Below are positions 62,920 to 64,000 of a stretch of DNA of 64,000 nucleotides, piece by piece; position 1 is the stretch's first letter, and every line of letters begins with the position of its first letter. The notes beneath the pieces were generated by a model. That model was not told the DNA's origin. It did not search any database and saw nothing but the letters and a program-made list of their open reading frames with translations. The position numbers and the translations under genes are program-made. The DNA is taken from assembly GCF_036321535.1 (NCBI RefSeq), contig NC_087438.1:1242001-1306000 (forward strand). Reading direction: 5' to 3'. The stretch is from Camelus dromedarius (taxonomy: Eukaryota).

Positions 62920-63320
62920 GACACACTAAATAAATTGACCTCCATTTTTTTTGATGCATTTTGAAGAAACCCAATCTCCGTCAATAGAATGCTGGAAATA
63001 GAATTTTTTTCTATCTGTTCCATGATTTTATTTTCAAATGTCTCAAATTTGAAAGGTCCAGGGAATCCGGGTTTAGTAGATGGGAGAAAGATGGGAACCC
63101 ACAGACCAGCTGCTTTATCAAGCAAATGTGGTGTGCTCAGAGATGCACCACCACCACGACAAGGAGATTTTCACAGCTGGGAAACGTGGAAGCTTACGTG
63201 CAATCCCTTTCAAAGGCGTTATGATTTTAGGTCCTACTTAATGTGGTTTTACATTACAACTCATTGCAAGACCAATAGTGAGTATTCGAGCTCATCTGTA
63301 ATCCGGGGTTATTGAAACAT
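62920..63320. promoter_or_regulatory. AT-rich repeat-free block, candidate conserved element
   Basis: TAAATAAATTGACC, TCAATAG, TTATGATTTT and CATTACAA motifs; no repeat recognised. Confidence 0.3.
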
Positions 63321-64000
63321 CCCCTTTCTTCCACTGTCGTGGAAAAGCGAGAGCTGGCTCAATTGTTTTATGAGAAAAGGAAGGAGGAAGAGGAAAAATG
63401 CAACGTGGCATCAGAAGTGGTCAAAGCAGGCCCGGGGGGGCGGAGGCCAGCAGGGCCGGGGAGCCGTGGTTAAGCACAGGGGCATCCAGACAGGGGCTGC
63501 TACAAGTAACCCTAAAATATAAAGGGAGAAATATAGGTTCTTAAAAAAAAACACACACACAGCGTGTTTGTGCTGGAGGGTGAGAATGAACAGGAGCCTC
63601 TAAAATTAGGCTAATAAACCATTTGATTAAAAAGTGTGCTGGGTAAGCTTTACATGATGAGAATGATGAGGTCGGTAAAAAATGTTCTTGAATTAGCTGA
63701 GTTAGTATTCTTTTTTTTCCCCCAAAATTGTTCAACAGGAAAAAACTAAAAGCAAGTGTCTGAGCAATTATGAAGGGGCACAGATGTCATGGACGTGGCT
63801 GTGGGGGACCGGAGACGCCCGGGAAACAGGCGTCCTCAGGTGAGCTGCTTCCGGGGCCCGCCCCGGGCCCCGGGTGTTCCCAGCACTTCCTCAGGAACCC
63901 AGGGTCAAACGGCACAGAGCTCGCTGATGAAAACGTTGCCATGTGCGACCCATGAAGGAGAGGATGCCTGGATGCTCAGTGTGCTCTGGGGAGGGAGGGG

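Overview
This is mammalian nuclear genomic DNA, most likely from a camelid, because it carries a tRNA-derived Vic-1-type SINE at ~54.3-54.5 kb. It is a very GC/CpG-rich, subtelomere-like non-coding region, either a gene desert or a large intron. I find no supportable protein-coding exon or RNA gene; the ORF track is GC-rich noise apart from decayed L1, L2 and ERVL fragments. The window is a mosaic of old repeats (L2, MIR, MER20, MER5A, MLT1/MLT2 LTRs, an ERVL/MaLR gag fossil, L1M) and younger L1 3' ends, one with a perfect 14-bp TSD. Between them lie repeat-free AT-rich blocks dense in homeodomain/PBX-HOX/MEIS motifs (candidate conserved enhancers), an orphan CpG island and a strong bipartite CTCF site. 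The most distinctive signal is patchy AT->GC rewriting of repeat copies, consistent with GC-biased gene conversion, including two LTRs whose poly(A)-signal region converged on the same 12-mer. I see no convincing evidence of a wholly new biological system. Repeat calls come from remembered consensus sequences, and their boundaries are approximate.
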